Part shown: positions 13,204 to 28,134 of the stretch, piece after piece
Position numbering within the stretch: position 1 is the stretch's first letter
How the letters are laid out: every line of letters starts with the position of its first letter
Assembly: GCF_009914755.1 (NCBI RefSeq)
Contig: NC_060928.1
Strand: one strand, 5' to 3'
DNA length: 64,000 nucleotides
DNA from: the human T2T-CHM13v2.0 reference genome, Homo sapiens
Notes under the pieces: generated by a model
The model's database searches: none
What the model was told of the DNA's origin: nothing
The model's input: the letters and a program-made list of their open reading frames with translations, nothing else
Translations under genes and position numbers: made by a program

Positions 13204-13922
13204 CCCCTGCCCCCAGCCCAAAATCAAAGTGGATGCAGCAAGTTACCCTTCTTTTGGCAGTGTATCAAAGTCTCTGCAATTTCACAACCTGGCTGTGCAG
13301 GCTTGGTCTTTAGAAGGGCATGCTTACAGGGCTGGCCCTTGGTTGGCACTTGTAAACTTGGCTCTTGAAATATTTCCTACACTAATAAATCTAATTTTCT
13401 TTTTTTTCTAGTTACCTGAAATAAAACCCATTAATATTTAGATTTTAGTTTCTCAACTACTAATGTAAAATGTAACATTAAGAGCATCTCAAGTTTTGAT
13501 AAGAGCACTTCATTATTTTCCCATTTTAATTATGATTCTTTTTTTATGTGTTAATCCAAAGTATATTTTGAAATTTCTAATTTTATGGGACATTTTTAAG
13601 TTATCGTTTGTATTAATTTCCCGCTTAAATGCAATGTGAATAGATATCACAATCTGTGTAACTCTTTAATATTTGAGAATTTCTTTGGTCAATTTTACAG
13701 TTGCATGTGTTCCTGAAAAGAATGTGGATTCTACAGCTGTTAAAGACACAAGATATGCATTAGGTTAATTTTAATAATCATGTTGATGAAATCTATACCT
13801 GTTTGGGTTTTTTGTCTGCTTGTTTTCTTGATTACTAAAAGCAACATTTCAAAAATCTTCCACTACAACCATAAATTTGTCTACTGTCTTTGTATCTCAG
13901 TACCTGAACTGTGCCTGGCATG

Positions 13923-14140
13923 TAATAATAACTGAGTTTTTACTATGCACCACATGTTGTTTTAAGTGTTTTACTTGTATTAACTCATTTATTCCTCACA
14001 AAAATACTATGAGATAATTTCTATTATTATTCTCATTTTTACAGATAGGAATACATAAGCACCTAGAATTAAGTAAGTAGTGGAGGTTAAGAGTCAATCC
14101 AGGCAGTCTAGCCTTAGCATCCATACTCTTAACTATTATG
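13923..14140 (-). mobile_element. MIR SINE
   Basis: MIR core ATTATTCTCATTTTACAGATAGGAATACATAAGCACCTAGAATTAAGTAA. Confidence 0.7.
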
Positions 14141-14683
14141 CCACAATGCATACAGATTAAGAAAGCCAAATCATTCCTCAAGGTTTATGAGAGAGAGAAA
14201 AAAACAACCATCAGTTCCCTGACCTAATTCTTTCCTACCCTGATTCCCACTCCCCAAAGATAACTAGTCTCAATTTTTTAGTCATTTCTCTTAATATTTA
14301 CTCCCATATTTCTAAATAACACGTGTATACTTTTATTTCTTGATTTTTTGAGTTTTATATATTACCTATTAACTTCCTACTAAGAAAGATAAATGATCTT
14401 TCTGAAACAGATCTAGTCAAACCATTTTCTTGCTTAAAAAACCCCAGTGGTTTTCTATTTCCTTTACAATAAAGTCTAAATTCTTTAGTCACAAGGCATT
14501 CATGAACTAGTCCCTGCTTAGTTCTCTAGTGTCATCTTTTGCCTCAGGATGAATCATACCCAATTTAGATGAGACTGGACTTTTTTGAGTTGATGTTTGA
14601 ACAAGTTCAGATTTTTTTTACTACTGGGAGGTAATAAAAGTATTTTGCATTATGAGGACAAAAATTTGGGGGGCCAGGAGCAA

Positions 14684-15025
14684 ATGCTACACTTTGAATG
14701 TGTTTCCCGGAGTTTGTGTGTTGGAAACTTAAACCCCGTTACGTAGGACCTAATGGGAGGTGTTGCCTAGTGGGAGGTGTTTAGGTCATGAGGGCTCTAC
14801 CCTCGTGAATTGATTAATACCATTATTGTAGGAGTGGTTTCATTATTGTGGGAGTGGGTTATATCTAAAAGTAGGTTCAGCCCCCTATTGCCCTCTCTTA
14901 CTCTTGCCCTTCTGCCTTCCACCATGGGACGATGCAGTAATAAGCCCCTCACCAGATATGACCCCTTGATCTTACACTTCCTAGCCTCCATAACTGTGAG
15001 CCAAATAAATTTCTGTTTAGTCACC
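14684..15025 (+). mobile_element. MaLR LTR (MLT1A/MST-like)
   Basis: TTTGAATGTGTTTCCC...GGGAGGTGTTTAGGTCATGAGGGCTCTACCCTCGTGAA...CTGTGAGCCAAATAAATTTCTG. Confidence 0.8.
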
Positions 15026-15627
15026 AAAGGGAAAGGTACTAATTAAGTGCCTTCTTTGTACCAAGTAATATGTCAGGTACTTTGCAGTTAAATGACACTT
15101 AAATGCTGTGAAGTTCATAATGTTAACAGGTAGTAAAGATGGGATTAAAGAGCTGAGAGTATAACTGCAAGTCCAGCATTGTTACATTACAGCTGACTCA
15201 TACTAAGTGACCATATAGCAGTGAATGTAGCAGAAATCCCTATCGATTAAAAATTCACCCTTTTATGAAAGAACAACATCTCCCTATAGTTTTTACCCAC
15301 TAGTCTTAGTTTTATTCCCTTGGGGCCATAGAGAACTTGTCTAAATCCTTCTTTGATGTAACACCCCTCCAAACATTTGAAGATGGCATTCAGGTTCTAG
15401 AGTTTTCTTTCTCTAAGCTAAACATCTCCAGTTCCTTAAACAATTCCAAGCATAACATCATTTTGAGTCCCCCTCAACATTAATCACTTTCTTCTGGACA
15501 CACTTCATTATCTTCATCATGCACGCATATATTTATTAACATACCGATTTCAAGCCAGTCACTCGCTTGGGGTTCACTGTGCAGAGATCATAATAACAAC
15601 AACTTCGTATGGCTGCTACGAGGATTA

Positions 15628-16104
<477 letters not shown>

Positions 16105-16138
16105 AAAACAACCTACCGTTTTTACATAAAATCTTTAA

Positions 16139-16462
<324 letters not shown>

Positions 16463-16804
16463 TAAAATATTATTATTCCTATTTACACATGAGAAACTGT
16501 GTAAAAGAAAGATTAAGCAACTAGCTCCAGTTCATATAAAAGTCAGGATTGGGATATGAACTCTTACATCTGTCTCCAAAGGCCATGTTAATTCTACTGT
16601 ACCAATGTTTCTCTAACAAGTAGATATTTGCTGAACATCTACTCATTTTACATTTAAAGTATGTAGTTGTATGCAGTTAAAAATGAAGGTCTTGAACTTG
16701 GAAGGAAAAATCTGAAGAGAGACTCAAATATCACTAACATAAAGAGATACCTAAAATCATGGGAATAAATGATGTGAACTAGAATATGAACTAAGAAAAA
16801 TCCT

Positions 16805-17023
16805 CATAATTTAGCTCCCAGTCATAAGTTAGAATATGTGGTATTTGGTTTTCTGTTCCTACATTAGTTTGCTAAGGATAATCGCTTCCAGCTCCAACCA
16901 CGTCCCTGCAAAGGACATGATCTCATTCTTTTAAATAATCAGTACCACAAACCCACATGACGCAAGTTTACATATGTAGCAACCCTGCATTTGTACCCCT
17001 GAATTTAACAGTTAAAAAAGAAA
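16805..17023 (+). mobile_element. Very short L1PA 3'-end insertion with 5' inversion
   Basis: Reverse L1 3'UTR piece (~16805-16932), then forward L1 terminus and A-tail; TSD AAGAAAAATCCT at 16793-16804 and 17024-17035. Confidence 0.8.
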
Positions 17024-17542
17024 AAGAAAAATCCTAAAGTTGGAACCTGGCATTTATGATGCAGGAAAAAAGAATTTAAGAAAAATATCTGAGAAAGAAG
17101 AGTCATAGTAGTAAAAGCAAATTCAAAAAGACTGGTATTCCGGAAGCTAGAGGAAAGCGTTTCCTCTAGGATTACACTGGAATAAAAGGTTTAGATGCTT
17201 AAAGTAGTATTACATCTAAAGACCTAGGAATGTCCTGATTCTGCTTTGATATTAACCCTTTCTTCATATAGTGATCTCTACAAAGGAAATTATATGCAAG
17301 GAAGAACAGAATAGATAAAAATACCATGTTATTATCATCTGAATCAGCCTTAATCACATTCAATGGAGGGTACTTTCATAAAAGCAGCTAGAAAACCAAG
17401 CCTGGAGTCCTAAATTGGGACTCATTCATTTCTTCAGATACATCTTGTGATCAGCAGACTCACGCACATCTTCAGAGAAAAAGAAAGAAATGGCCAGAGA
17501 ATAGGCTCAAGTCTAATTCACCTAACAATAAAGACCAAAAAT

Positions 17543-17702
17543 AGAGAGAACTCAGAATACCATCAGAGGTAGTAAAAAAATAAAACCCCTCTGAGAGAGA
17601 CAGAATGCAGAATACTATCAGAGGCAGTCCAAAATAAAACCCCTTTGAGAGAGAGAACTCAGAATACCATCAGAGTCAGTCCAAAATAAAACCCCTCTGA
17701 GA
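17543..17702. repeat. Minisatellite, 3 copies of a ~53-bp unit
   Basis: AGAGAGAACTCAGAATACCATCAGAG.CAGTCCAAAATAAAACCCCTCTGAG repeated three times with variants. Confidence 0.9.
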
Positions 17703-18079
17703 TTCTAAGAAAAAGTTTAGAATCTGTTGATCAGTAAACTATGAGGTGGCTTAAGATTCAGTAGTAATAAGAAAAATAAAATTTTTCTCCAGAAAGATGC
17801 TTTGTTCAACTGGGTACTAAAATTGCTCTAAAAGATATTTCCTAGTTAAATATATATGTACAAATATTAAAAACATCTTAGTTGATATTTAAGATTTGTA
17901 GATTTTTTGAAAGGTTTCGTTTTATAGGGAAATCTAATTGTTTAGAAGGAAAATTATAACCTAAGATGCAGTTATTTATGCCTGTAAAAAACCTGTGTAT
18001 CTAGTAAATACTAACTAAATTTCAATAATAGCATCCAGGAAAACAAAAACAATACTGGATATTTACTAGATTTCAATTA

Positions 18080-18445
18080 CACAGAGTTCCTGACTTATGA
18101 TGGTCTAACGTACTGATTTTTCAACTCTACAATGGTGCAGAAGTGACACACCTTCAGTAGAAACCATACTTTGGGTACCCATACAACCGTTCTGATTTTT
18201 ACTTTCAGTACAGTATTCTCAATAAATTCTATGAGATATTCAACACTTTATTATAAAATAGTCTTTGTGTTAGATGATTTTGCCTAACTATAGGCTAATG
18301 TAAGTGTTCCAAGAATATCTAAGATACGCTAGGCTAAGATGTAATGTTCAGGTTAGGTGTACTATATGCATTTTCAACTTAATAATATTTTCAACTTATG
18401 GGTTTATCAGGACATAACTCCATTTTAAATCAAGAAGCATCTGTA
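18080..18445 (-). mobile_element. MER47A-like TcMar-Tigger MITE
   Basis: Minus strand begins TA-CAGATGCTTCTTGATTTAAAATGGAGTTATGTCCTGATAAACCCATAAGTTGAAAAT. Confidence 0.8.
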
Positions 18446-19249
18446 TAGTATACAAGTATCTAGGAGGAAATAAACAACATTTGAAGTATCAACCTTACAT
18501 ATCTCAACATATAAGATGCCAGAAAGTTACACTCTTTAATTTTCAGGAAAAATGAATTTACATGTATCTGGGCTGTTATAAAGACACTCATTTGCTCAAA
18601 ATGCCCCAAATGCCCCAATTCCTGAGAAAAGAGAAATGTTTGTTTCTCTATCTAACTTTTTTGGCTGTCAGAATTTTCCAGATATAAAGGATGGTCTTAT
18701 TGTAGCAGCTTCATGTCAGAATTCAGAAGTCAGGGAATGTGGTACCTGGCCAGTAATACTGGTTTTTGCTTAAGGATGGAATGTGTAAGTGCCTTCTTAG
18801 TATCATCACTTCTTCTATTGTTAGTACCATCTGCACCTTTTTCAGACTTTTTTGTCATATCCTTAGTTTTGGTTCCTGCCAACTACTTAGGCAACGTACC
18901 TAGTCTTAGGTTCCAGACTACAAGCCAATCTGAACCCACTGTCTTCCCTAATCATTCAATAATCATTTAATGAGTATCTTCTAAGACTCAGACACTGTCA
19001 CAGTCTACGACTTAGAAAAGCTCATGGTCTGACAGAGTTGACATACATGTGAACAAATACTATGTGATAATGTGCTTATTTAATAGCAATAAAAATAAGA
19101 TGCTTTAGGGCTAAGCAGAAAGGAGGAGAAGTAACTCAGGCAAGATATCACAGAGCAGACATAGGAGTGAGTTCTTAAAGGATCACTGGAAGGTATTTTT
19201 GAGGCACAAAAGAGCATTACAGGAACAGACAGTTGAGGTAAAAAGGTAT

Positions 19250-20146
19250 AAACTGCAATTACCTATCTTATCTTTGATAAAAAAGTAGTCTAGTATGGCC
19301 AGTGTATTCAGAGGAAAAGGTGGTTGGGGCCTTCAATAAATGGTGCTGGGAAAACTAGATTTCCAAATGCAAAAGAATGAAACTGGACCCTTATACCATA
19401 CAAAATAATCAAATCAAAATGAATCAAAGACTTAAATGTAAGATCTGCAACTATAAAACTCCCAGAAGAAAACAGGAAAGAGGCCTCATAACACTGGTGT
19501 TGGCACAGATTTCCTGGATAACACCAAAGGCACACACAACAAAAGCAAAAATTGTCAAGTGGGACTATATGAAACTAAAAACCAGTAAAGGAAACAGTCA
19601 ACAAAATCAAAAGACAACCTACAGAATGAGAGAAAGTATTTATAAACCATGTATGTGATAAGGGGTTAATAATATCCAAAGGAATGCCTATAACTCAATA
19701 CCAAAAAACCCCTGAACTGACCCAATTTTTAAAAATGGACAAAGAGTTTGAATAGATCTTTCTCCAAAAACATGCACATAGCCAACAAGTATATGAAAAG
19801 GTGCTCAACATTCACTAATCATCAAATACAAACCAAAACCACAATGAGAGATCACCTCACACCTGTATGGATGACCATTATAAAACAAAACAAAACAAAA
19901 CAAAACATAACAAGTATTGGCAACAATGTGGAGAAATTGGAACTTTTGTGCACTGTTGGAAATGTAGAATGGTGCAGCTGCCATGGAAAACAGTATGAAG
20001 CTTCCTCAAAAATTAAAAAATAGAATTACCACATAATCCAGCAATTCCATTTTGGGTTATTTCTCCAAAAGAATTAGAAACAAGATCTTGAAGAAATATT
20101 TGCTACACAGATCTGCTATATGACAATGTACACAGAGTTAAAAATA
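19250..20146 (+). mobile_element. L1M (L1MA/MB) ORF2 3' fragment; continues after Tigger2 to ~22730
   Basis: CTTCAATAAATGGTGCTGGGAAAACTAG; ORFs 19377 (MKLDPY...) and 19748 (KTTMRDHLTP) are L1 ORF2 C-terminal relics. Confidence 0.88.
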
Positions 20147-22657
20147 TAGTTGTCCCGTGAACAACATGGGTTTCAAACACACAGGTCCATTTATATGCAG
20201 ATTTTTTTCAATAAATATACTGAAAATTTTTTTGGACATTTGTGACAACTTGAAAAAAACTCACGGATGAACTTTGTAGCCTAGAAATACCCAAAAATTA
20301 AGAAAATGTCATGAATGCATGAAATCTATGTACATATTAGTCTATTTTATCATTTACTACCATAAAATATACACAAATTATAAAAAGTTAAAATTTATCA
20401 AAACTATGCGTACACTTACAGACCATAGATGTCGCCATTTGCAGTTAAGAGGAATGTAAACAGATGTAAAGATGCAGTATTCAGTCATAAGTGCATAAAA
20501 GTCACTGTAGTACATACTGCACTACTGTAATAATTTTGTAGCTACTTCCAGTTGCTATTGTGGTGAGCTTAAGTGATGTATCTGGTTAAAGCACATGTGA
20601 CTCTATTCATCTTTGCCTGAGCAGTTCCTCTCTCCAGTAAATTGAATATTGCAGGAAAAAGTGATGTCTTGAGATTCTTGCATATTTTTTCATCATGTTT
20701 AATGTGCAATACTGTAAACCTTGAATGACATCATGGGACCCATACAAAGTGCCACCAGTAATGTTGCAAGTGCTCCCAAGAAGCTGAGAAAAGTCATGAC
20801 ATTACAATAAAAAGTTGAATTGCTTGATTATGTACTGTAGACTGAGGTCTGCAGCTATGGTTTCCTGACATTTCAAGATAAAATGAATCCAGTGGAAGGA
20901 CCATTGTAAAAAAAAAAAAGAAAAGCCATCATTGTAACTACACCAGCAAGTATGAAAACCTTACACTTTTTGTGAAAGATTTTTTTATCTTATATTGAAA
21001 ATGCAGCACTGATATGGGTGCAGGATTGCTGAAAGAAAGTCATAGACTCTAACATGATTTGAGAAAAAGCGAAGTCATTATAAGACCACTTAAAGCAAAA
21101 AGAAGGTAAAGGATATAAAGCTGTAGAATTCTTTTTTTTCCATAGGTTACTGGGGTACACAGGTGGTGTTTGGTTACTTAAGTTCTTTAGTGGTGATTTG
21201 TGCGATTTTGGTGCACCCATCACCCAAGCAGTAAAGCTGTAGAATTTAATGCCAGCAAAGGATAGTTTGATAACTTTAGAAAGAGGTTTGTCTTAAAAAA
21301 AAGTCAGACACAACATGAGAAGCAGCTTCTGCCGATCAAGAGGCAGCAATGAGTTTCTAGACGCCATAAGGAAAATCACTGAAGAGAAAGGATATCTACC
21401 TGAATAGGTTTTTAATGTAGAAGAAAGTGCTCTATTTTGAAAAAAATTGCCACAAAGGACATTTATTAGTAAGGAAGAGAAGCAAGCACCAGGATTTAAG
21501 GCAGAAATGGATAGTTAACTCTACTGTTTTCTGCAAATGCTTTCAGGTTTATGATCAGGACTGCCCTTACATATAAAGCTGCTAACCCCTGAGCATTGGA
21601 GGGAAAAGATAAACACCAGCGGCCAGTCCTCCGGCTACATAACAAGCAGGCCTGGACAAGAACCCTTTTTCTGGATTGGTTCCATTGATGCTTTGATTCT
21701 GAGGTCAGGAAGTACCTTGCCAGCAAGAACTTTTAAAGTTCTTTTGCTATTGGACAATACACCTGGCCACCCAGAACCCCAAAGTTCAACAATGAAGGTG
21801 CTGAAGTGGTTTACTTGCTTCAAAACACAACATCTCAAATTCAGCTTCTAGATCAGGGCATCATAAAGGACCTTTAAGGCTCATTACACAAGGTACTCTA
21901 TAGAAAGGATTGTCAATGCTATGGAAGAGAACCCCAAGAAAGAGAACATCATTAAAGTCTGGAAGATTATACCATTGAAGATGCTATCGTTGTTACTGAC
22001 ATCAGACAATCTGGCAGAAGGGTTCCGACGATTCAAGATTGCATTGATTTCTTTAATGACATGGACCCTTCTACAACAGGGGCACCAAAAAGAAACTAAA
22101 GAAAATGACAGGAGGATCAGTATTGTATAGAAACATTTTTCCAGAAATGAGAAAGCAAAAAAAGTCACATAGTAGTTACATATTTCCATAGTTACACTGT
22201 GTGTGCCTGCCTCTCTTTCCCTACCCTTCTGCCTCCACCTCTTTTGATTCTGCCACCCCTAAGACAACAAAACCAACTCCTCCCCTTCCTCCTCCTCAGC
22301 CTACTCAACATGAAGACAACAAAGATGAAGACCTTTATGATAATCCAGTTCCATCTAATGAACAATAAATATATTTTCTCTTTCTTACATGATTTTCTTA
22401 ACATTTTATTTTCTCTAGCTTACTTTATTCTAAGAATACTGTGTATATATATATATACAGTATATAATACATATAATATTAAAAATGTGTGTTAATTGAT
22501 TATTTACATTATCAGTAAAATTTCCAGTCAATAGTAAGGCTATTAGCATTTAAGCTTTGGGAGAGTCAAAAGTCATATGTGGATTTTCGACTGCACAAGA
22601 GGTAGGGTGGTAGGGGAGTTGGCACTCCTAACTCCTTCATTGTTCAAGTGTCAACTA
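20147..22657 (+). mobile_element. Near full-length Tigger2 DNA transposon (decayed pogo-type transposase)
   Basis: TIRs TAGTTGTCCCGTGAACAA / TTGTTCAAGTGTCAACTA flanked by TA; DDE-region relics (KVLLLLDNTPGHPEP; MEENPKKENIIKVWK). Confidence 0.88.
21131..21231 (-). mobile_element. ~100-bp L1PB 3'-end insertion inside Tigger2
   Basis: 15-bp TSD TAAAGCTGTAGAATT at 21116-21130 and 21232-21246; T-tract then L1PB terminal sequence. Confidence 0.85.
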
Positions 22658-23044
22658 TACTATACTACACACTTAAAAACTTGTTAGTAGGGTAGAGTTC
22701 ATGTTATGTGTTTTTACTACAATAATAACTTTTTAGAAGGTAAGTTGGAGTTATGTTCAAAATAACTCGGTAAGCTATAGTATTTGGACTTGTACTATGA
22801 GACAAAATGGTCGGAACTGTGGCTGTGTGAAAGAGAACGGAGAGAAAAGAGAACTTCTGGAATTTATCTTTATCTTACCCTACCTTCATCAAGCTTACTG
22901 ATGAAATCTATCTCCCTGAGATATTAAGAGGCTAAGGATCCTCATTTCATGCCTTGTCCCTAAAATAAATCATTGTCCAAAGTCCTAGGTCTTATACTAG
23001 TCCCCATAAGCAACAGATACAGATTTTTAAAAAGAGAAAATACA

Positions 23045-23368
<324 letters not shown>

Positions 23369-23502
23369 CTACCAAATCTTCAGATTCAGTCACTATAAAA
23401 AAAAAAACCCTCAAACATTTAAGTTAATTTTTAAAATCTAAGAAAATAAGAGCTGGTTATTGTGTGAAAATCTCACATTTTGGCATTTTGGTCTTTGTAT
23501 TT

Positions 23503-23806
<304 letters not shown>

Positions 23807-24349
23807 ACATCTTTGTATTTCTACTAAGAAAACCTATATGTAGTCAGTAACTCTTTTAGTATTCCCTAATAATTCACTCTTTTAGTACCCACATAAATTT
23901 CTGGCTTCCTGCCCTCACTATGACAAATTCTTAAGGAAGATATTAAAACTCAAATATGCACATTGGTAAACAACTAGATGTTTGCAATAAGACACGCATA
24001 CCAAGTGCTAACAGCTACACCAAAAGATACTCTCCGTCAAACAAAAGAAAATGGCTTACCTCTAATAATAACAGCTAAACTGCTATATTCTATAACTCTC
24101 AGTAAAGCAAACTGCAGCCTACTTACGTAGCATTGTAAATGGAAAGTTTAGTCACTGGCCTACTGAAAATTATGTTTATCAGCATTATAGGGTTGGAGGG
24201 ACATTAAAAAAGTTTCACAAGGATTAAACTAAAAAATGAATAAAATTAGTCAATACTATCTCAAAGAGGTGCCATTTGTTAAACCAAGAAAAACATGACC
24301 AAAAGGACATTAAGAATATAATTATAGATTAAGAATCCCAACGTAAGAG

Positions 24350-24818
24350 TCCCACTCTCCCTTTTTGCTTATTATCTTCAAGCCACACTGACCTGCTTGC
24401 TGTTTTGCAAGAAGGCAAGCTTGCTCTCATTTCAGAGATTTTACACTATTTCTTCTGCTTAGAATGTTCTTTCTTAAAAATCTTGAAATAGTTGACTTCT
24501 TATCACTTAAGCCTCTATTAAAATATTGTATTACAAATATCACACACATCATTTCTGATCACCCTATCAATAAAATGGCTACTCTTATCCTTAGGTCACT
24601 GCCTAACTCATTAACCTGTCATAGTTTCTTCAAATCACTTACCATTAACTGTTTGTCTGCCACTCCTATCAAAAAAATGTATGGTCTTAAAAACTCACTA
24701 CTGTAATCCAAATACCTAAAACAGTACCAGGCATTTAATAATAATAGATAACCCTGTGCTACACACTGTTTTAAGTGCTTTAAATGTACTAATTCAGTTA
24801 ACCCTTATACAACAACTT
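24350..24818 (+). repeat. Copy A of a ~460-bp dispersed direct duplication (L2+MIR-derived); copy B at ~27111-27571
   Basis: Long collinear identity, e.g. CACCCTATCAATAAAATGGCTACTCTTATCCTTAGG and AATACCTAAAACAGTACCAGGCATTTAATAATAATAGATAACCCTGTGCTAC in both copies. Confidence 0.95.
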
Positions 24819-25007
24819 AAGGTGACTTCTAAACCATATTTTATAATCAAGAAATCATCTTTAAAATAATTTTCACATGAGCAAGATTGTTAGTCTTCTA
24901 TCTCTTTTCCCAAGCATAGAGTACAAAACAGGATTTGGACTCAACATGCCAGATGGTATGTATTAGCTCCTAATAAAGTGCCCATTATTGACTCTGCATC
25001 TTTTTCT

Positions 25008-25201
25008 TTACTTTAAAAAGTATTCAAATTTCATGAAAAAGTATAGTTTAAAAAGTCTCATCAAATTTCATTCAAATCACAACTATTCAATCATACAATA
25101 CTTTAATTACTAAAAAAGTATTCCAATTTCCTGAAAAAGCATAGTTTTAAAAGTCCCATCAAATTCCATTCAAATTACAACTCTTCAATCACACAGTATT
25201 T
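25008..25201. repeat. Tandem duplication, period ~98 bp
   Basis: AAAAAGTATTC.AATTTC.TGAAAAAG.ATAGTTT.AAAAGTC.CATCAAATT.CATTCAAAT.ACAACT.TTCAATCA occurs twice. Confidence 0.9.
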
Positions 25202-25493
25202 CTCCACTGTCTATAAATTACAGAACAGGAAATATTTTAATGAGATTACAATGAAGTAATATTCTCTAGATGTTATTGTATGACTAAAGTGAAATATTAT
25301 TCTTCATCAACTCCTGCACTATCAAGAACTTAAATACGTATTATTGTCCAAAAATGAAAGGGTTATTTTGCAAGGGCAGCAAAATCCTTCTTAGTCCTAT
25401 CACCTAAACCTAAAACAACTGAGATTTAAATATTATCCGAATGTAGATAAAAAAAATCACAGAAACCCTAATTTTAACTTGAGAGGAACTCTT

Positions 25494-25656
25494 TATATAT
25501 ATGTGTGTATATATACACACACATATACATATATACACACATATATATACACATATACACATATATATACATATACATATATACACATATATACACACAC
25601 ATATATATACACACATACATATATACATACACACACACACACACACACACACATAT
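25494..25656. repeat. Compound (TA)n/(CA)n microsatellite
   Basis: Seen directly in sequence. Confidence 0.95.
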
Positions 25657-25754
25657 AATTCTGCATAGGCTGAATGGTATCTTCAAAGAGACTACTTGAT
25701 TATTTGAGAACAATTAATGGGGAAAATAAGTTTCAGTTTCTATGAGATTCTTAC

Positions 25755-25817
25755 CTATACAATGCATCATCGATTTCCACAGATGCTGTTGACATAATGG
25801 GCAAATTTTTATTTGTG
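25755..25817 (-). CDS. UBA6: UBA6 coding exon 2 (63 nt; TNKNLPIMSTASVEIDDALYS)
   Basis: tttttccag|C acceptor and TAG|gtaaga donor; leads into the E1 'IDxxLYSRQ' motif. Confidence 0.96.
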
Positions 25818-26094
25818 CTGGAAAAAAAAACATGGTTATTAAATATTCACATTTTATAATGTAATATTTGATTACTTGTGTGATCAGATTCACCAGTTAC
25901 TAAAGGTTTTCACAAACCAAACATATATTTTATTAACAACCACTTTACTTATATTTTTTAAATGGCCTGAAATTAAATTATCGGATTGCTTGTTCTATCC
26001 TGTGTAAATTTTAAGATTACAGAGCTCATCATCTTTTATTCTCAGATCTCAGGTGTTGTTTTATCACTGGTACATAAATACATATATATATATT

Positions 26095-26414
<320 letters not shown>

Positions 26415-26479
26415 GTTTGGTACATATATTCTAATGGATCTGTATTTCAGCAATTCTGTACCATGAACTTTCTCTATAT

Positions 26480-27735
26480 ATACAGTCTTCCCAGATAAAC
26501 TCATTCAATCCTATTGATGAATATATATTGATTATATTGAAACTTATTTCTCCACGTGTGATCTTTCCTCTGACCTCCAGATTGTATACAACTGCCAAAA
26601 CAATAACTATTCTGATGTCTTAACTGGTATCACAAACATAACAAACTCCAAAGAGAATTCAATTACCCCTGCTTAATCTATTCTTCCTGTCTTTCCTAAC
26701 TCATTTTCCGCTACCATCATTTACTGGGTTGGGCCTGAAATCTAGGGATCTTCTTGCTTAAATCATTCCCCAGTTTTCTCCATCTGAGACCTGTTAGCTC
26801 TACCTTCATAAGATATCTCAAACCTGATCATTTCTTACTATTTCAATCAGTACAATCTCAAGCCAAACCATCATCACATTTCACCTGGGCTATTTCAAAG
26901 ACCTAGCTAGTCTCCTTATTTCCAGTATTGCCCTTCCCCTTTATTCTCCATAAAACAGTCTAAATATCTTAAAATGCAGTCAGAAATTATTCCCTGAATT
27001 TGGACTACCCTTCAGTGGATTTCCTTTACTCTTAAAACAAAATTCAAACACCTCACTATGCTTGAGAGGGCCAATGTGTCCTGTCTCCCAATTATCTCTC
27101 CAATTTCAACTCCCACCAGTCTCCGTTTTCGCTTACTATCTTCAAGCCACACTGACTTGTTTGCTGTTTCGCAAGAAGGCAAGCTTGCTCTCATTTCAGA
27201 GTTTTTACCTATTTCTTCTGCTTAGAATGTTCTTTCTTAAAATCTCGGAATAGCTGACTTCTTGTCACTTAAGCCTCTATTAAAATATTGTGTCACAAAT
27301 ACCACACACCTCATTCCTGATCACCCTATCAATAAAATGGCTACTCTTATCCTTAGGTTGCTGCCTAACTCATTAACCTGTCAGTTTCTTCAAATCACTT
27401 ACCGTTAACTGTCTGCCACTACTACCAAAAAAATGTATGGTCTGTTAAAAACTCACTACTGTATTCCAAATACCTAAAACAGTACCAGGCATTTAATAAT
27501 AATAGATAACCCTGTGCTACATATTTAAGTGCTTTAGATGTACTTATTCAGTTAACCCTTACAACAACCTTGTCCAAACAGTGGGCAAGCACTATTGCTA
27601 TCTCCAACGAACAGATGGAAAAAAGAGGCTGAGGGAGGTTAACTTAAAATTTGCCCAAAGTCACAGAGCAGGCAAATGGCACTGCCAGGATCTGAACCCA
27701 GGCAGTCTAGCTCTTGACTACCACACATACTGCCT
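26480..27735. mobile_element. L2 relic followed by MIR; contains copy B (27111-27571) of the duplication
   Basis: L2-like CCATCATCACATTTCACCTGGGCTATTTCAAAGACCTAGCTAGTCTCC; MIR core GAGGCTGAGGGAGGTTAACTTAAAATTTGCCCAAAGTCACAGAGC. Confidence 0.7.
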
Positions 27736-27751
27736 ACTGTTTCTGATATTA

Positions 27752-28134
<383 letters not shown>

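Noticed and set aside
17543-17702. Repeat-spacer-like arrays (also 53559-53672) as CRISPR-like
   Set aside because: Eukaryotic intronic or intergenic tandem repeats without unique spacers or cas genes
20780-22130. Domesticated Tigger transposase (TIGD-like) gene
   Set aside because: Multiple stops and frameshifts plus an L1 insertion in the coding region
25410-25713. Cys/Val/Tyr/Ile- and His/Thr-rich ORFs
   Set aside because: Translations of the (TA)n/(CA)n microsatellite
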